From Podarcis liolepis (lineage: Eukaryota), in NCBI GenBank assembly GCA_965112155.1, contig OZ218103.1: 64,000 nt of DNA; one strand, given 5' to 3'. The notes beneath the pieces are model-generated. The model was not told the origin of the DNA. It did no database searches and saw only the letters and a program-made list of their open reading frames with translations. This document shows, in pieces, positions 61,943-64,000 of the stretch. Within the stretch, counting starts at the first letter, position 1. Every line of letters starts with the position of its first letter. Position numbers and translations under genes: made by a program.

Positions 61943-62646
61943 CTTTAGATACCTATTAGATCCATAAATTACGATATAGCATATATTCAACACAAAAACC
62001 AGTGACAATTTGTAGTTGACAAAGGACAGCTGAACATATAAAGGGCCCCATTACCTTCAGTAGCATAGGGCCTCATCAAACCTAAATCTGGCCCTGCTGG
62101 CAAACCACAGCACCTCAAGTTATTCCAGAGTAATGATCAAGTGGGGATTTGACCCCTGGCCTTCCAGGTCTGACACTTGTAACCACTAAGTGCCTGGGTG
62201 TGATCCTGAGGATGCAGGATCTAGGAGAGGGTGCATCCTCCCCATTTTTCTAATGCCATTATATTAATGTGCCTCCGTGGCAGCTACATGAATGCTTTGT
62301 GTAGCACTGTCAACGTGCAAGAGGAACAAATGCTTCTCTTGCTCCACAGCTACAACTGGAGAGTTTGAATTGTGAGGTGGTTTAAGCTTTCTCTTGTGTT
62401 TCGCCGCCCTGCCCCCCCAATTGATCTGCAGCTGGTGGGGCAGGACCCACAGCTCAGTCTGACCCTAACGCTTGTCTTAACAGTGGCACTTTTATTGTGT
62501 GGATATGTAATAATAAACTGGGGGGGGGGAGGTCCCCAAGGTTGTTCTTTTCATGTTTTAAATGGCTGACTCCCTTGACCATAAACTTGAAAAAGTTACA
62601 CATTCAGCCCCTTCTGCAACTGGCTCCTATGCATATTGATTACGGA

Positions 62647-62823
62647 CAGTGCTTTTTTCTGGGGGGGACACAGGGGTACGCATACCCCTAAACATTTTGT
62701 GAATCTTTGTACTTTTTTCCATTTACTGTATTTATTTTCCCCGATTTGAACTATAAAATGGTGATTTTCTTGAGTCAAAATGAGAGTACCCCTAAATATT
62801 TTTTAAAGGAAAAAAAAACACTG
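62647..62823. mobile_element. hAT MITE
   Basis: TIRs CAGTGCTTTTTTC / GAAAAAAAAACACTG; perfect 8-bp TSD ATTACGGA. Confidence 0.85.
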
Positions 62824-63732
62824 ATTACGGAACAGTTCATGAAGTGGTTCAATAGGTAATAATGTTTATAATTGGCCCTTTTGGTTTCAGTGGTACTTGC
62901 TGCCTAGAAGGTAACAAGGTGACTTCTTTTGAATGTGCATAGCTGCTACTGGATTTTTTAGGAACAACAAAACACAGCCTCCCAGAGTGGCTGGGGCAAC
63001 CCAGTCACATGGGCGGGGTACAAATGATAACCTCCTCCTCCTCCTCCTCCTCCTTCTTCTTCCAGTTTAACACACAATTTGCACTTGAGAAGGGCGTTCT
63101 GCTCTGGTAGGCATTTTGAGTGATAATGTCAGATAAATATTCTGTGTTAACTAACTATGGTGTAAAGGTTTAAACTATGGTATAAAGTTCTGTACAGAAA
63201 AAGGTAGTGGGGGAAATCCTATTTGAATTGGGGGAACATTGAAGTTATTGGAAAAACCAAAGAAGAAATTGACTATTCAAATGAGCAGAAATTCCAAGAG
63301 AGGTTGGGATATAGGGAAATGGGCTATATATATATTCAAAATATAATATTAGTTCAAAACAAAAATGCAATTTTTTACATAGTGCCTTAAGGGTGCTTTT
63401 ATATGACTCTTAATTGTATGAGGCTTGCATTTTTCTAAAGGGTTTTTTATGTTTATAGATACATTGTAATTGCATAGTGGCAAATAACACCCACACCCAC
63501 CCACACACGACTTTACCAATGCCTTAGGCTGCATACACACCATCCATTTAAAGCATGCACACACTCCCCAGGAATCCTGGGAACTGTAGTTTATTAAAGG
63601 TGCTGGATGTTGTGGGTCTGTGAAGGGGTAAATTGCATTTCCCAGGATTCTTGTGTGGGGTAATGTGTTTTAAATGTATGGTATTTATGCAATCTTAATC
63701 TTCCCATGTGGTAACTGCGGTGTCCTCTAGGA

Positions 63733-64000
63733 CAGTGTTTCCCAAACGTTTTTGGGCAACGGCACACCTGCTTACCGGAAAAAAATCTCGCGGCACACCA
63801 CCATTAAAGCCCCGCCCCGTGACGTCAGCGCGCAGCGTCACGCGGGGGGGGGGACGCACAAAAGTGAACGTTTTTTCCCTTCCCCTTGCCGGGGTGGGAG
63901 GAGGCAGCAGAGCGAGGGACTGAGGGACGGCGGCAGCTGAGGCGGCGGCGGCTGTTGTGGTGGTGGCGGCGATAGCGGGCGGAGGAGGAGCCGTCGCCGG
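63733..64000. mobile_element. Left end of a hAT-Charlie-like element with a GC/CpG-rich interior (runs off the window)
   Basis: CAGTGTTTCCCAAAC terminus preceded by CTCTAGGA, close to the Charlie NTCTAGAN target preference. Confidence 0.6.

Overview
Eukaryotic (squamate, probably lacertid lizard) genomic DNA, judged from Sauria SINEs, CR1/L2/RTE LINE relics and lizard-type hAT and Tc1/mariner MITEs. Almost all ORFs in the supplied track are spurious. Two genes are supported. (1) The first coding exon of ITPR3 (minus, 23301-23389) lies in a CpG-island promoter, and positions 1-23300 appear to be its first intron. (2) Three in-phase exons of a GGNBP1-like gene (minus, 53794-56962) are present, but its C-terminal ubiquitin-like exons could not be found. 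A second CpG island at about 60.3-61.1 kb carries a plus-strand splice donor and, by mammalian synteny (BAK1-GGNBP1-ITPR3), may be the non-coding first exon of BAK1. Between ITPR3 and GGNBP1, at 29.1-31.0 kb, is an unrecognised, coding-like two-exon relic with scattered stops (candidate unitary pseudogene or divergent lncRNA). The rest is dense in transposons, including several clean nested insertions with intact target-site duplications. I see no convincing novel multi-gene system; the best leads are the 29-31 kb relic, the possibly truncated GGNBP1, and a paired-octamer ITPR3 promoter.
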